Assembly: GCA_048128005.1 (NCBI GenBank)
Contig: JBEUKZ010000107.1
Coordinates: forward strand, 124,001 to 188,000
Source: Veleropilina oligotropha
Lineage: Eukaryota
Direction of reading: 5' to 3'
Length of the DNA: 64,000 nucleotides
In this document: positions 13,393 to 24,089 of the stretch, piece by piece
Layout: each line of letters begins with the position of its first letter
Numbering within the stretch: the first letter of the stretch is position 1
Position numbers and translations under genes: made by a program
The notes under the pieces: generated by a model
What the model was told of the DNA's origin: nothing
Databases searched by the model: none
The model's input: the letters and a program-made list of their open reading frames with translations, nothing else

Positions 13393-15459
13393 GGCTGCCG
13401 GCACACACGACGATCCCAGCTGCCCGCTTCCGCCGGTGGAAGCATGTCTGTTAGCGTACAGCCAGCCGTGGCTAGAACTAACAGACAGCAGCTGGGTCCA
13501 CTCAGTCGTGAGTGCCGGATACCAGTTGGTATTCAACCGGCATCCGACCCTAACCGAGGCACCACCACCAAGCCGCGCTCGCCCTCTGCAAGGCGAGAAA
13601 CAAGCGGTCTTAGACCAGGCAGTGCGGGACTTACTCCTCAAAGGAGCGATATATCCTGCGCCGCCCAGCACACCAGGATTTACAGCCGTTTCTTCCTGGT
13701 CCCGAGACCCGATGGCCGCTGGCGACCGATCCTCGATCTCTCGTAGGTCAACCGATATCTTCGCACCGAGAAATTCCAGCAAGAAACCCTCTCGAAGATA
13801 CGAGTGGCCATCCGTCCGGGCAACTGGGCAGAGTCTATCGATCTGACCGACGCGTATCTGCATGTCCCGATGCATATCACGGCTCATCAGTACCTTCGGT
13901 TTATACACGGGGAGACGATCTACCATTCAGGTGCCTACCGTTCGGTCTATCGTCAGCCCCGTACGTCTTCATGAGAACAGTACAGGCCCTCGGAGCCTTC
14001 CTACACTCTCTAGGGCACAGGGTACATATGTACCTCGACGACTGGCTGATCCTCGGGGCGTCCCGGGATCTGTGCCACCGGTCTACAAGCTTTACCCTGT
14101 CATCGGCGAAGCGACTGGGATTTCAGTCAACGAGACAAAATCCTGCTTCGTACCCTCCAAGACGTTTACGTTTCTCGGAGTCGACTTCGATACGGTCCGG
14201 TACACCGCGAAACCGACCCAGAAACGTATACGGAACCTACGCGCGGTTATTCAAGACACCCTGTCATCGGAGATAACTACGGCGCGACTACTGGCCACTG
14301 TCCTGGGGCACATCGAGTCGGTAGCGACCCTGCTACCGACGGGTCGAAGGGACAAACGACCGTTACAACAGGCGTTCAGAGATCGCTGGATACAACGGAC
14401 GGGGCAGTGGACGGATCGAATCGATCTTCGGCGTTGGTTTACCCGCACGACAGCAGTGGGGTTGAACCCTGCTTTGCCGAGCCAGTCGGTTCCTATATCC
14501 CCGCCAGACCCGAACGCTTACCTGTTCACAGACGCTTCGAACGACGGCTGGGGTGGTCACCTCGACAGTTACGAGACATCGGGCCTATGGCCGACGGACC
14601 TTCAGGGACGACACATCAACTTCCTAGAGTTAGAGCGGTCTACCTGACAGTACGGTCCCTCTCGTCACATCTCCGACAAGCATATAATGCTCGCCACGGA
14701 CAGTACGACTGTCGTCGCATACATTCAACACCAGGGCGGCACTCGCTCGCGTCCCCTTTGCGACCGAGCAATCGACCTACACCGCCTAGTGATGTCCCTC
14801 AACTCGACGATTCGAGCCCGACACATCCCGGGAAAGCTGAATGTCAGAGCGGACTCGCTCTCTCGGAAATCACAGATAATACACACAGAGTGGACGCTAC
14901 ACAGCCGAGTAGCTCGGGACGTTTGTCGCCGGTGGTCACAACCCCAAGTCGATCTGTTTGCAACAGAATTCAATTACCGACTACCTCTGTATGTCTCCCC
15001 GTACCCGGACCCGGCCGCCCTAGCGGTCGACGCGTTGTCAATGACATGGGAGAATCTGTTCGCGTATGCCTTCCCCCCGTCGTACATCCTGACACTCGTA
15101 CTACAAGAAGGCATCGAACGAACGTTGCGAGATAACGCTAATCGCGCCCCTGTATCGCATGCAACCTTGGTTTCCGACCCTCCTCGATCTGATCGTCGAT
15201 CGACCGTTAGCGCTCCCGCAAAGACCGGATCTGTTAATGCAGACGCGCAGTTGTGTATTACACCCGTCGCCGACGACTTACGTTTACACGCCTGGCGGTT
15301 ATCGAACGATCCCTCGCTAAGAAAGGATTTTCTCGCGCTACAGCCCTACGCATCTACCGATCGAGAAGGCTTTCCACGTCTAAAGTTTATGACTACCGAT
15401 GGGTTAAGTACGTGGATTGGTGTCACAGCCGGCAGGTCAATATTCTCCGCCCCCTGTGA
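13300..15459 (+). pseudogene. DIRS-A pol (RT, RNase H, methyltransferase-like domain), several frameshifts and a stop
   Basis: Fragments carry WRPILDL, YLDDWL, FTDAS, INFLEL, ADSLSR, VDLFAT and YAFPP, collinear with 29873-31987. Confidence 0.9.
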
Positions 15460-16283
15460 ACAAGTTTATCGAGTTTTTATCGTCGTTCTTTGAACGCGGA
15501 ATGTCAGTGTCCGCCGTCAAAGGCTATCGGGCAACGGTCGCGAGTGCCGTGCCCGTGTTCGCCTATCTTGCGACCGAACGATTTTGGATTTTATACGATC
15601 CTTCGAACTCAAATTCCGACCCGTACGATACGGCCGCCAGCCTGAAACATCGTTCTCATTCTTAACGCTCTCCTTCTACCCGTACGAGCCTATGGGCCCG
15701 GCCTCTATGAGGAACTTAACGCACAAAACGGATTTTTCTGATCGCCTTAGCGTCGGGCAGGCGTTGTTCCGAAATTCATAGTCTATCCGCAGAGCTACGA
15801 GACGTTCGTTTCCAGTCAGACGGGTCGGTGATGCGGCGTCTATCTTGGGTTTCCTCGCCAAGAATCAACGGCCGAACGAAGACGCCCCCGATATCGTTAT
15901 CCCCAAGCTTACGGCGTGGACCGACTACACTGTCATATGCGTGCCTTACGTTACTACCTCGACAGGACCCGTGATATGCGGCAGGGAAAACTACGTCTAT
16001 TTTATTCGTATTTACCTTCTTATACCCGCGACATTACGAAGACGACTGTTTCGCGGTGGTTTTCACATGTAGTGAGAGACTACTCTCGCTGTGAAAAGTA
16101 GGCCGCACTATTTGTATCGGTCCGCGCGCACAAGGTCCGTGCATTCGCAGCTAAACATCTCAGCGTTGCTTCTAGAAATGTCTTTGTTAAACATTTCCTG
16201 CGGGATTACTCCTTGGGGCTGATGGGTTGAGCAGTCTAACTGCTCAACGATGTATTATTAGACAAAGGTCGTCTAATCAGTGA
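15292..16283 (+). pseudogene. DIRS-A tyrosine recombinase, heavily degraded
   Basis: Fragments SRRLSTSKVYDYRW, SAVKGYRA, GFLAKNQ and RALRYYLDRT match the DIRS-B YR; many small deletions. Confidence 0.85.
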
Positions 16284-16626
16284 GTATTGTTTCCAGACAT
16301 GCCAACCATTACGATTTCGCCGTAATGATTACGATATTACATTGCTCATTACGTCATTACGACGGAGACATTAATTATTACGATTTTCAAAAAAAAATGA
16401 TTTTTTTTTTATTAACGTCGGAAATGCCCGCGATTTACGACGAAGCCGTTTGTGTACTGCTGAACACAACAGGCACCGAGCATGCACAAAACGAACCCGA
16501 CTCGAATTATATTTGCAACGTGTTTAGAGAAGTCGTCTCTGATTGGTTAATAATCGGCTACTCATCGCAAACTAACCAATGACAGCGCTACGTACAATAA
16601 CATACTTCCAAACACGAGGATGCAAG

Positions 16627-17085
16627 ATGGCGGAATCGGGGTCTGATTCAGCGATTCAGCGAGTGAGCAGCCGAAAAAACGATTCAGCGAGTGAGCAGCC
16701 GAAAAAGCGATTGAAGACGAAAACAGTGGATCAAAAATACAAGGAAGATTACCACAAACAGTTTCCATTTATTGTGAAATCGTCCAAATCCGCAAGTCAC
16801 GCATTATGCACTGTGTGCAATGTGCATATCTCGGTCGCCCATGGGGGAGTTCACGATGTGAAGATGCATACTTCCAGAACGTCACACGAAGCTATGGCCA
16901 AATCAACTGCCAGCAACAAGAGCATATCTTCGATGTTTGCTACCAGTAATTCCGTCGACAACGTGACAAAAGCGGAGATTCTATTTACAAACTTTCTTGT
17001 TGAACACAATTTGCCCATTGCCGCAGCCGATCACGCTGCACAGCTGTTCAAGGGGATGTTCCCGGATTCAGCCATAGCAGCCAAG
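16627..17085 (+). CDS. hAT transposase exon 1 (153 codons, BED-like zinc finger)
   Basis: ATG in AAGATGG context; ALCTVC...HGGVHDVKMH...H motif; ends ...FPDSAIAAK before the donor AAG|GTAAGT. Confidence 0.85.
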
Positions 17086-17505
17086 GTAAGTAATAATATC
17101 ATTGTTTACATATAATTTTATATGTTAAATTTAATTGTACAGCATTTTGGATGCAATTTGAAGAGAATATGAACATGATGAAGATTTTTTTAATAAATAA
17201 TATTCTAAATATTAGTTGGTCCCTCCCATAATGATTATAATGCATGCTTTCTCCCCCCCACCACCCCAGGGATTTGGTAACGTGTTACAAAAAATGAAAA
17301 ATGGCTCGGCCTTGGAGAAGTGCTGCCCAATTTTTTGGCAGTTTTGGACTTTAGTTTTCTGTAGGGATTTTTTTTGGAAAGGGGTGGGTGGGTGGTGGAA
17401 TAGGTACTAATTTGTCCCAACCTACATAATTATTATGATCAATATGTGCTTTATCTACCCACATGATTTAGCCAAGGGGTTGGGGAAGAAACAGTTACTT
17501 GATAC

Positions 17506-19176
17506 TAGGGGTGACTATTGAGGCATATTTTCACTATTGCAATAGTATTGCTATTGGAGAAAGTACTATTGCAATAGTATTGCTATTGCGGGTGTGCTAT
17601 TGCAATACTATTGCGATAGTTTCGGACAAGTGCAGGGGTTTCAAAATGGTTTTAAGTAACAGGCGCAAACAGTAAAGTAGGAGGCGCATTGTGACAATCA
17701 TGATTGTGCAATGCCCAACGTTCCCTGGTGGCCTGGTCATGTGACAATGTTAATTATCACATGTCAGATGCAGTTGGTTACATTTGCATCAGAATTGTAA
17801 AGTGTATTTCTTACCTTAATAGGTGGTTTATAGGGGGGTTCGGTGGATATCCCACGAGAAAATTTTGAATGAACATGACTTCAGTTGCAATTTGGGTTTC
17901 ATATTTGAAAGCTTTACAGTAATATACTCTGTATAATCAAGACTTAAAACGATTTTTTAAATGTGCAAAATCAAAGAGCCCCACAGCTCTCTTCAAGCAG
18001 CAATTATTCAGTGATTTTATTTTATATATTTTTAAAATTGTACCCTAACTTTTTATTTGCAGTGATGATGCTGTAATATTAATATTGATATCAATGTTCA
18101 GTTGCTGTTTACTGGTTGTTTAATTTATTTATTTTGCATTTTCGTCAGATAAATGAACCATTTTATCAAATTATAATTTCTTTTGCTAACCCCTCAGTGG
18201 TTGTTTTGCTTTGGGTGACATGCAAATTAGGTTATGGCAGGTTGCTAAATTGGCAGGTGTTCAATTTTTCAGCTCTGCGGATGGCTATTTATAAACAAAC
18301 TTTGATGTCCGCGAGGAGAGTTTCAACAAATTTGTCTACTGACATCACAAGCGCAATCATTTCAAAGCTGGAAAAACCCAAACATATTTATAGCGATGTG
18401 AATGAATGTTGGCTGTGTTTAATATAGTCTTTAATATATTGACATCGGAAAGTAACCGGCGCAAAAGTGAAAGTAGACGGTGAATTGCGCAGGGTGCCGG
18501 CACATTTTGAAACCCCTGCAAGTGTGATTATTATTAATTATGTGAATGTTTATAATAGATACGTTAATAAAACATCATTTATCTACCATGTAAATGGAAG
18601 TAGAATTTAAGTTTATTTCCTAATGTGTTTATGTGATAATCAATGACAGTGACAACCATTAATTTATATGACAGGTTAGACTACCTATTAAATCGCCACA
18701 AAATTAGCTTGAAAAGTCTTTGAGAAACATAAATGAGAATGCGTTTTTGAAACTATTTCGATTTTGGATACAACGCGTCACCCCTACTTTTGAATGTGGA
18801 ATCGGCCACCTGCCTGGCCTGAGACGTTACTATAGCGACACTGCCACTAAAGTAGGTCGATGTCACATGATGACAGGACACTTTCTGAAACATTGTGGTA
18901 AAGTAGACTGCATTGCAAAATAATAAAGCTTGCTTTTGAAGTGAAAGATAACAAATATGTTACGTTTATCAATGTGAGTAATATATTATGATACCAGCGC
19001 TTTTACAAGTAAAGCTATTAAGAAATTCATGTTACATTTTATTACTATCGAAAACATCGATAGTTGCAGACACTATTGCCGATAGTTATCGACTCGCAAT
19101 TTTACTATCGATGCATTGCATCGACGGGCTCGTGTATCGCGACTTATCGATAGTCCGATGTATCGTTACACCACTA
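17506..19176. mobile_element. Non-autonomous hAT (Ac-like termini) inside the transposase intron
   Basis: Termini TAGGGGTG...CACCACTA; 8-bp TSD CTTGATAC (17498-17505, 19177-19184); subterminal TATTGC/TATCG repeats. Confidence 0.85.
17633..18518. mobile_element. MITE with 16-bp perfect TIRs and 6-bp TSD, nested in the previous element
   Basis: CAGGGGTTTCAAAATG / CATTTTGAAACCCCTG; CAAGTG at 17627-17632 and 18519-18524. Confidence 0.88.
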
Positions 19177-19305
19177 CTTGATACCACAGACTAATACTTT
19201 ATATTGTGATAATTTTATACGTACATTAACTATTCGCTTGACTATTTGTAGAAAGATCAATCGTTTCCTTTGGCATGCTTGCAAATACTTTTTTTTTACT
19301 TTTAG

Positions 19306-21285
19306 TATGCTTGTGCAAGGACCAAGACATGCGCGATATTGGAAGTTTTGGCAGACGATGACTCGGATGCAATTGCAAACATCCTCCGCAATAACCCATT
19401 CAGTCTGGCAACTGATGGAAGTACCGATTATGACGCTGTGAAGTTATATCCCTTGGTTGTTAGATATTATGAACCTGACGTTCAGCAGATTGTGTGTGTA
19501 CTCCTCGTACTCAAAGAACTGAAGGGGGATTCAACAGGTGAAAACATCTACAACCTGTTGAATAGTGAGCTAACTTCAAGAGGGATACCATGGTCAAATT
19601 GTATCAGTTTTGGAATGGACAATGCCAGCGTCATGTCTGGCATGAACAAAGGGGTAGCTGGCTTTTTGTCCCGAACGCAATCCAGCATCTACATGTCAGG
19701 ATGTATGTGCCATTTGATGCACCTGGCTGCACAGAAAGGAGGCAATCAGCTGCAGAAGAACTGCAAGACAACCGTTGAGGATGCATTGATAATAATGTAC
19801 TATTACCTCGACAAATCATCCAATAGGAAGAGGCATTTGCAGGATCTGCAGCAAGAGCATGGGACCAAGCCGCATAAAATAATGAAACTGGTCAACACCA
19901 GATGGTTATCATTGAACCAGTGTTTGAAACGGATGGTGGAGCAGTGGGAGCCCCTCAGAGAGTTCTTCAAATCAGAGAAAAATAAAACTCTCAGCAAGTC
20001 CACCAAATCCAACAAGCCCAGTAGCTCCAGTACCAAGTGCGACAGGCCCGGCAGCTCAAGTACTAAGTCTGACAAGCCAGGCAGCTACAGTACAAAGTCC
20101 GACAAGTCTGGCAGCTCCAGTACCAAGTCTGGCAGCTCCAGCACCAAGTCCGACAAGTCTGGCAGCTCCAGTACCAAGTCTGGCAGCTCCATCACCAAGT
20201 CCGACAAGTCTGGCAGCTCCAACACCAAGTCTGACAAGCCCAGTAGCTCCAACACCAAGTCTGACAGCTTTGATTTGAACTCGTATTTGTTTACTCAACA
20301 AAAGCTTCAAGACAAAAAGGAGATTGAGCGAGAAAGAAAGATGAAACTTGACCAGAAACGGAAAGAGTATGAAAGCGTCCCATTAAAGTTGCAACGCATT
20401 TCCGCCTTCCTTGATGACCCCACATCAAAGCTGTACTGCTTATTTCTCACAGCAGTTCTACCTCTGTTTGAAGAAGGGAATCTGCTGTTGCAGCAAGAGG
20501 AACCAGTTGTCCACCTGGTACACAGCATTCTTACCAAACAGCTACAGAATTTGCTGATTCGATTTATCAAGCCAGGTGTGATTGGCAGCAACAAAGATAG
20601 CCTCAGCTGCATTGGTATGTGTAGAGATAATCAAGTTGATGATGAAAGGCTGTTCATTGGTAGCGCAGCTAAATCACACATTGCTGATCACAATGGAATG
20701 ACCCACTTGGATACATTTTATGCGGGTGTCCGGAAATTCTATGTGACGTCATCCCAATACATGTGTGACAAGTTTCCTTACGAGGACGAACTCTTGATTC
20801 GTGCGAAAGTGTTGCATGTTGAAATGCGCCAGGAAGCTGAGTATGAAGATCTCCTCTACTTTGTTGATCGATTTCCATATCTGCTGGGAGACGATGTGGA
20901 TTTGAGAGATCGGCTGGAAGGGCAGTTTCTAAACTATGTAGTTGAGGATTTACTCGTTACAACAAATGAACGAGTAGACACAACATGGAGTATCATTGGT
21001 GGTATGAAAGACGTAAATGGACAGCTAAAGTATAACATTCTTGCAAGAGTCATGCTTGGCATTGCAACCATATTTCATTCCAACGCTGACTGTGAACGCC
21101 TATTCAGTTATGTGACAAAGAACAAAACTGAGTTCAGATCAAACATAAGCACAAGGACACTGAGTTGCCTCGTTACTCGCAAGGTCAGAATGCGAGCAAT
21201 GGGAACTCCTTGCTACAAGACCAACCCACGAAAGGACATCCTGAGGAAGGCGAAGAGTGCATGCTACAACAAACTGATGCAGTGA
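19306..21285 (+). CDS. hAT transposase exon 2 (catalytic core and dimerisation domain); spliced product about 812 aa
   Basis: Pyrimidine tract and TTTTAG acceptor; the phase-0 join reads FPDSAIAAK|YACARTK. Motifs: SLATDGS (D), GMDNAS (D), CMCH, TRWLS, HSNADCERLFS (E). No stops. Confidence 0.9.
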   Translation, partial: YACARTKTCAILEVLADDDSDAIANILRNNPFSLATDGSTDYDAVKLYPLVVRYYEPDVQQIVCVLLVLKELKGDSTGENIYNLLNSELTSRGIPWSNCISFGMDNASVMSGMNKGVAGFLSRTQSSIYMSGCMCHLMHLAAQKGGNQLQKNCKTTVEDALIIMYYYLDKSSNRKRHLQDLQQEHGTKPHKIMKLVNTRWLSLNQCLKRMVEQWEPLREFFKSEKNKTLSKSTKSNKPSSSSTKCDRPGSSSTKSDKPGSYSTKSDKSGSSSTKSGSSSTKSDKSGSSSTKSGSSITKSDKSGSSNTKSDKPSSSNTKSDSFDLNSYLFTQQKLQDKKEIERERKMKLDQKRKEYESVPLKLQRISAFLDDPTSKLYCLFLTAVLPLFEEGNLLLQQEEPVVHLVHSILTKQLQNLLIRFIKPGVIGSNKDSLSCIGMCRDNQVDDERLFIGSAAKSHIADHNGMTHLDTFYAGVRKFYVTSSQYMCDKFPYEDELLIRAKVLHVEMRQEAEYEDLLYFVDRFPYLLGDDVDLRDRLEGQFLNYVVEDLLVTTNERVDTTWSIIGGMKDVNGQLKYNILARVMLGIATIFHSNADCERLFSYVTKNKTEFRSNISTRTLSCLVTRKVRMRAMGTPCYKTNPRKDILRKAKSACYNKLMQ

Positions 21286-22622
21286 TGGACCAAACTCATA
21301 ATATAGGAATCTTTGCAATTCGATGGCAACACCATTGTCCGCTAATTGATTACTCAACAGGAACAATAGAATTATGATTCGTGGGTCTAGTGTGTCGTCA
21401 CCTAATAAGTGTTCGAGAGATTTTGGGGTGACTTGTTAAGGATCTTCTGTATCCATGTTTTGATAATCTAAATCATGGCGCTACTAATAAGAGAATAAAT
21501 AAATATACGATAGCATTATTATCAGCCAAAATATATTATGTGTTCACATGCCCTTTAAGGATACTCATATATTTAGCATAGCAGAGCATTCAGCAATTAA
21601 TTCCAAGACTGGACCTTGTGCAGTTTATTTGCTTAATCAAGTAGTGTGTATATATGTCTATGTATCATGTATATGCTATATTTGCATGGTAAGAGTTGAT
21701 AAAACTAATGATCTGGAAAATTAACTTGTCATTTTTTTTACTTTTAAATCGTTTTAAATAGGTCCACAGGGCATCCCTTCCCAAACCCCCCATCAAATCA
21801 TTACTATTTCCGATCATTCAAGGTTGGCATGTCTGTGTTTCTTGATTTATCAATTAAATACTTCGTGCTGACGCAATGTTATTTGGCATGCCTAGATGTT
21901 CTATGAAATAGACACATTATGAGGCGATTCAATGTATGTTCATCTCTTAAAAACATTTAAAGATCTTGATACTTTCATGTCATACCTGAGTATTTTGACA
22001 CGCCAGTCCACATTGAATTTAATAAACATTTATATTGCAAAAAATCTTATAGGATTTTGAGGTTCAATATTATTGATGTTCTATGCTGTTATCGAACATA
22101 CGATGTTCAAGATATTGAAATTTTTTTAATATTTGCTTCCTTAAAATTTATTTTAAGTAACATGTACTCATGTTAGCTTTTTCGAAAGTTGGTCATGCGA
22201 ATTACTTATTAATATCGATTATTTAATCTATTAATTCTTTGCTTAGGATTTAATGTCTTCACAACCTATTAGGTTCCGTGTGACTACAAATCCGACTGCT
22301 TCCTCTGGCTACCGGCCTATGGCCCGGAGTACCAGTTGGCTGCCACTGGTCCATGACACGTAAGACCTACAAGGATCTTCCTTCCGGCCGTGCCTGGGAC
22401 CGATTGCACTTCCGTTCACCTTGTCCGGCTAACACCACGGCGTATCTCCCGGTACCACTGGTCGAAATTCTCGCCTGGTAAGAGTAGAATATAATACTCA
22501 GCAGATTCTACTCTGAGCGGACACAATCGGCGCTTCATGCTGATTGATTTGGTGAAAAGTAAGTCATAATCTTGTTTGGGTTTGTTGTAAGGAACTTCTT
22601 ACCCACCTATCCAAGGTCATTC

Positions 22623-22714
22623 TGGCAAGAGTAAGGACGTAAGTATGTTTGTAACTACATATGAGGTTTTTAAGTAAACCTAATATTAGTATAAAACATA
22701 CTTACGTCCTTACT
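22623..22714 (+). other. DIRS-A internal complementary region (ICR)
   Basis: 22623-22660 is the reverse complement of the element 5' end; 22661-22714 is the reverse complement of the 3' end. Implied circle junction AAAAACCTCAT|ATGTAGTTAC. Confidence 0.93.
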
Positions 22715-22775
22715 ACGATTACCCACCCTGCGCTTTCGCATTCCTCCCCTCTTACTAAGTTTCTTTGGGGTTCTG

Positions 22776-23010
22776 AACTTTGAATTGAGGTCTTGTGATC
22801 TCGAGCTCGGATATCTCGCGAGACTGGCGAGATCTCGCCGGGGGAACTTAGAGAGGTGGAGCAGGGGAGGTAATCGTAGTGTTTTTGGCTTAATAGTGCA
22901 TAAATGTGACATTATTCACTGTTTCCGGTTGGCGATAATATGACTATTATGGCAAGAGTAAGGACGTAAGTATGTTTTATACTAATATTAGGTTTACTTA
23001 AAAACCTCAT
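22776..23010 (-). repeat. DIRS-A right inverted terminal repeat plus 3' extension
   Basis: Inverted copy of the left ITR, followed by ...TAGGTTTACTTAAAAACCTCAT. Confidence 0.93.
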
Positions 23011-23217
23011 ATTAGTAGCAATATACTCTACGTCATTACCAATGCCATAATAGCCATATTATCGCTAAACCGGAAACTGTGAAAAAGCGTTTCACTTTCT
23101 TTTAAATCTTACACGCTTACCTCCCCTGCTCACCCCTCTCGCGTTCCTCCCACGAGAACTGCCCAAGTCTCGCGAGACCTCAGAGACCAAGACAGAGCTG
23201 ATATCATTTTTAAGTCA
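23011..23217 (+). repeat. DIRS-B left inverted terminal repeat
   Basis: Reverse complement of 33875-34070 with about one internal substitution. Confidence 0.93.
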
Positions 23218-24089
23218 TCCGTCAGTCTGTCCGGACGTGCTTGAAGTCTAGTTAAAATAGACGATTAATAAGTTACTTTAAAACAGTTTCTTTCGCACAA
23301 TATTGTGCCGTTCATAATTAATTATGATCTGAAGAAGCATTTGTAACTGTGTATTGAGTATTCAGGTCGAATTATCAAATTTTAAAAGTTAGGTAATTCT
23401 GGCCACGAGTTTTTCGGCCCGCCATCTTGGATATACAAAGTGATCTAAGGAGGGCCGCTCAGGAGGAAAAGTTCTTCAAGCGGGAAAGTTTCGCATAGGC
23501 GAACCTTTCAAAGGAAGAAGTGTCTTGTTTCTAATATTGCTTGATATTACCATGTAATTCATATATATATTAGATAATTCCTTAGCGGCGTATCTTGCTT
23601 AAATTCTTAGTAACTTTGTTCAATCGAATTTAGCGTCGCTAACAAGGCAGATATTTAGGTATTAACGTGCGTTATTTAGCCTATCTGCCGAATCTGGGAT
23701 ATTTCGACAAAGCTCTAACCTATTGAAATCAACATCCACGAGGTTTTCAGGTGTTTAAAGGCGGCTGTTTCTATATATATATAGCCTCCTACTATCTATA
23801 TATATCCGCCTGCATTCAATTTGTTAGTGTCCGACAAGCCGTTTTAATAAAGCTTGTACGTCGGGCTTGGTGTCTATTCTAGTCGGGTTTCTTGTCTGTA
23901 CTTGGGTTGCTAAGCATCCCGAAGTGTGATTCATAACAATTTAAGGTTGAATATCCGGTCTCTTCCTATATACTTCGGATTAGAGACCCCTATAAAGGTG
24001 TAGTAGTTAAATTACACGTGAAGCGTACTTACCGGATATCCCTTAAAATTCCCGGTTTCCCACTACCTTTCCTACCCGTGTAATCAGCC

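Larger units (their letters stand above)
16294..21835 (+). mobile_element. Putatively autonomous hAT-superfamily DNA transposon with 6-bp TSD (hAT6-like)
   Basis: Perfect 14-bp TIRs CAGACATGCCAACC / GGTTGGCATGTCTG; TGTTTC duplicated at 16288-16293 and 21836-21841; encodes a hAT transposase. Confidence 0.93.
10207..23010 (+). mobile_element. DIRS1-type tyrosine-recombinase retrotransposon, copy A (decayed ORFs; interrupted by a hAT at 16294-21835)
   Basis: Inverted terminal repeats, a right-end extension, an ICR complementary to both termini, and gag, RT/RH/MT and YR remnants. Confidence 0.95.

Noticed and set aside
16579..21285. Domesticated host ZBED/ZNF862-like gene
   Set aside because: It is bounded by perfect TIRs and a TSD and sits inside a DIRS element, so it is a mobile transposon.
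22270..22620. Hammerhead or HDV-like ribozyme in the DIRS trailer
   Set aside because: The catalytic core motifs (CUGANGA/GAAA, or the HDV J4/2 segment) are not conserved in both copies.
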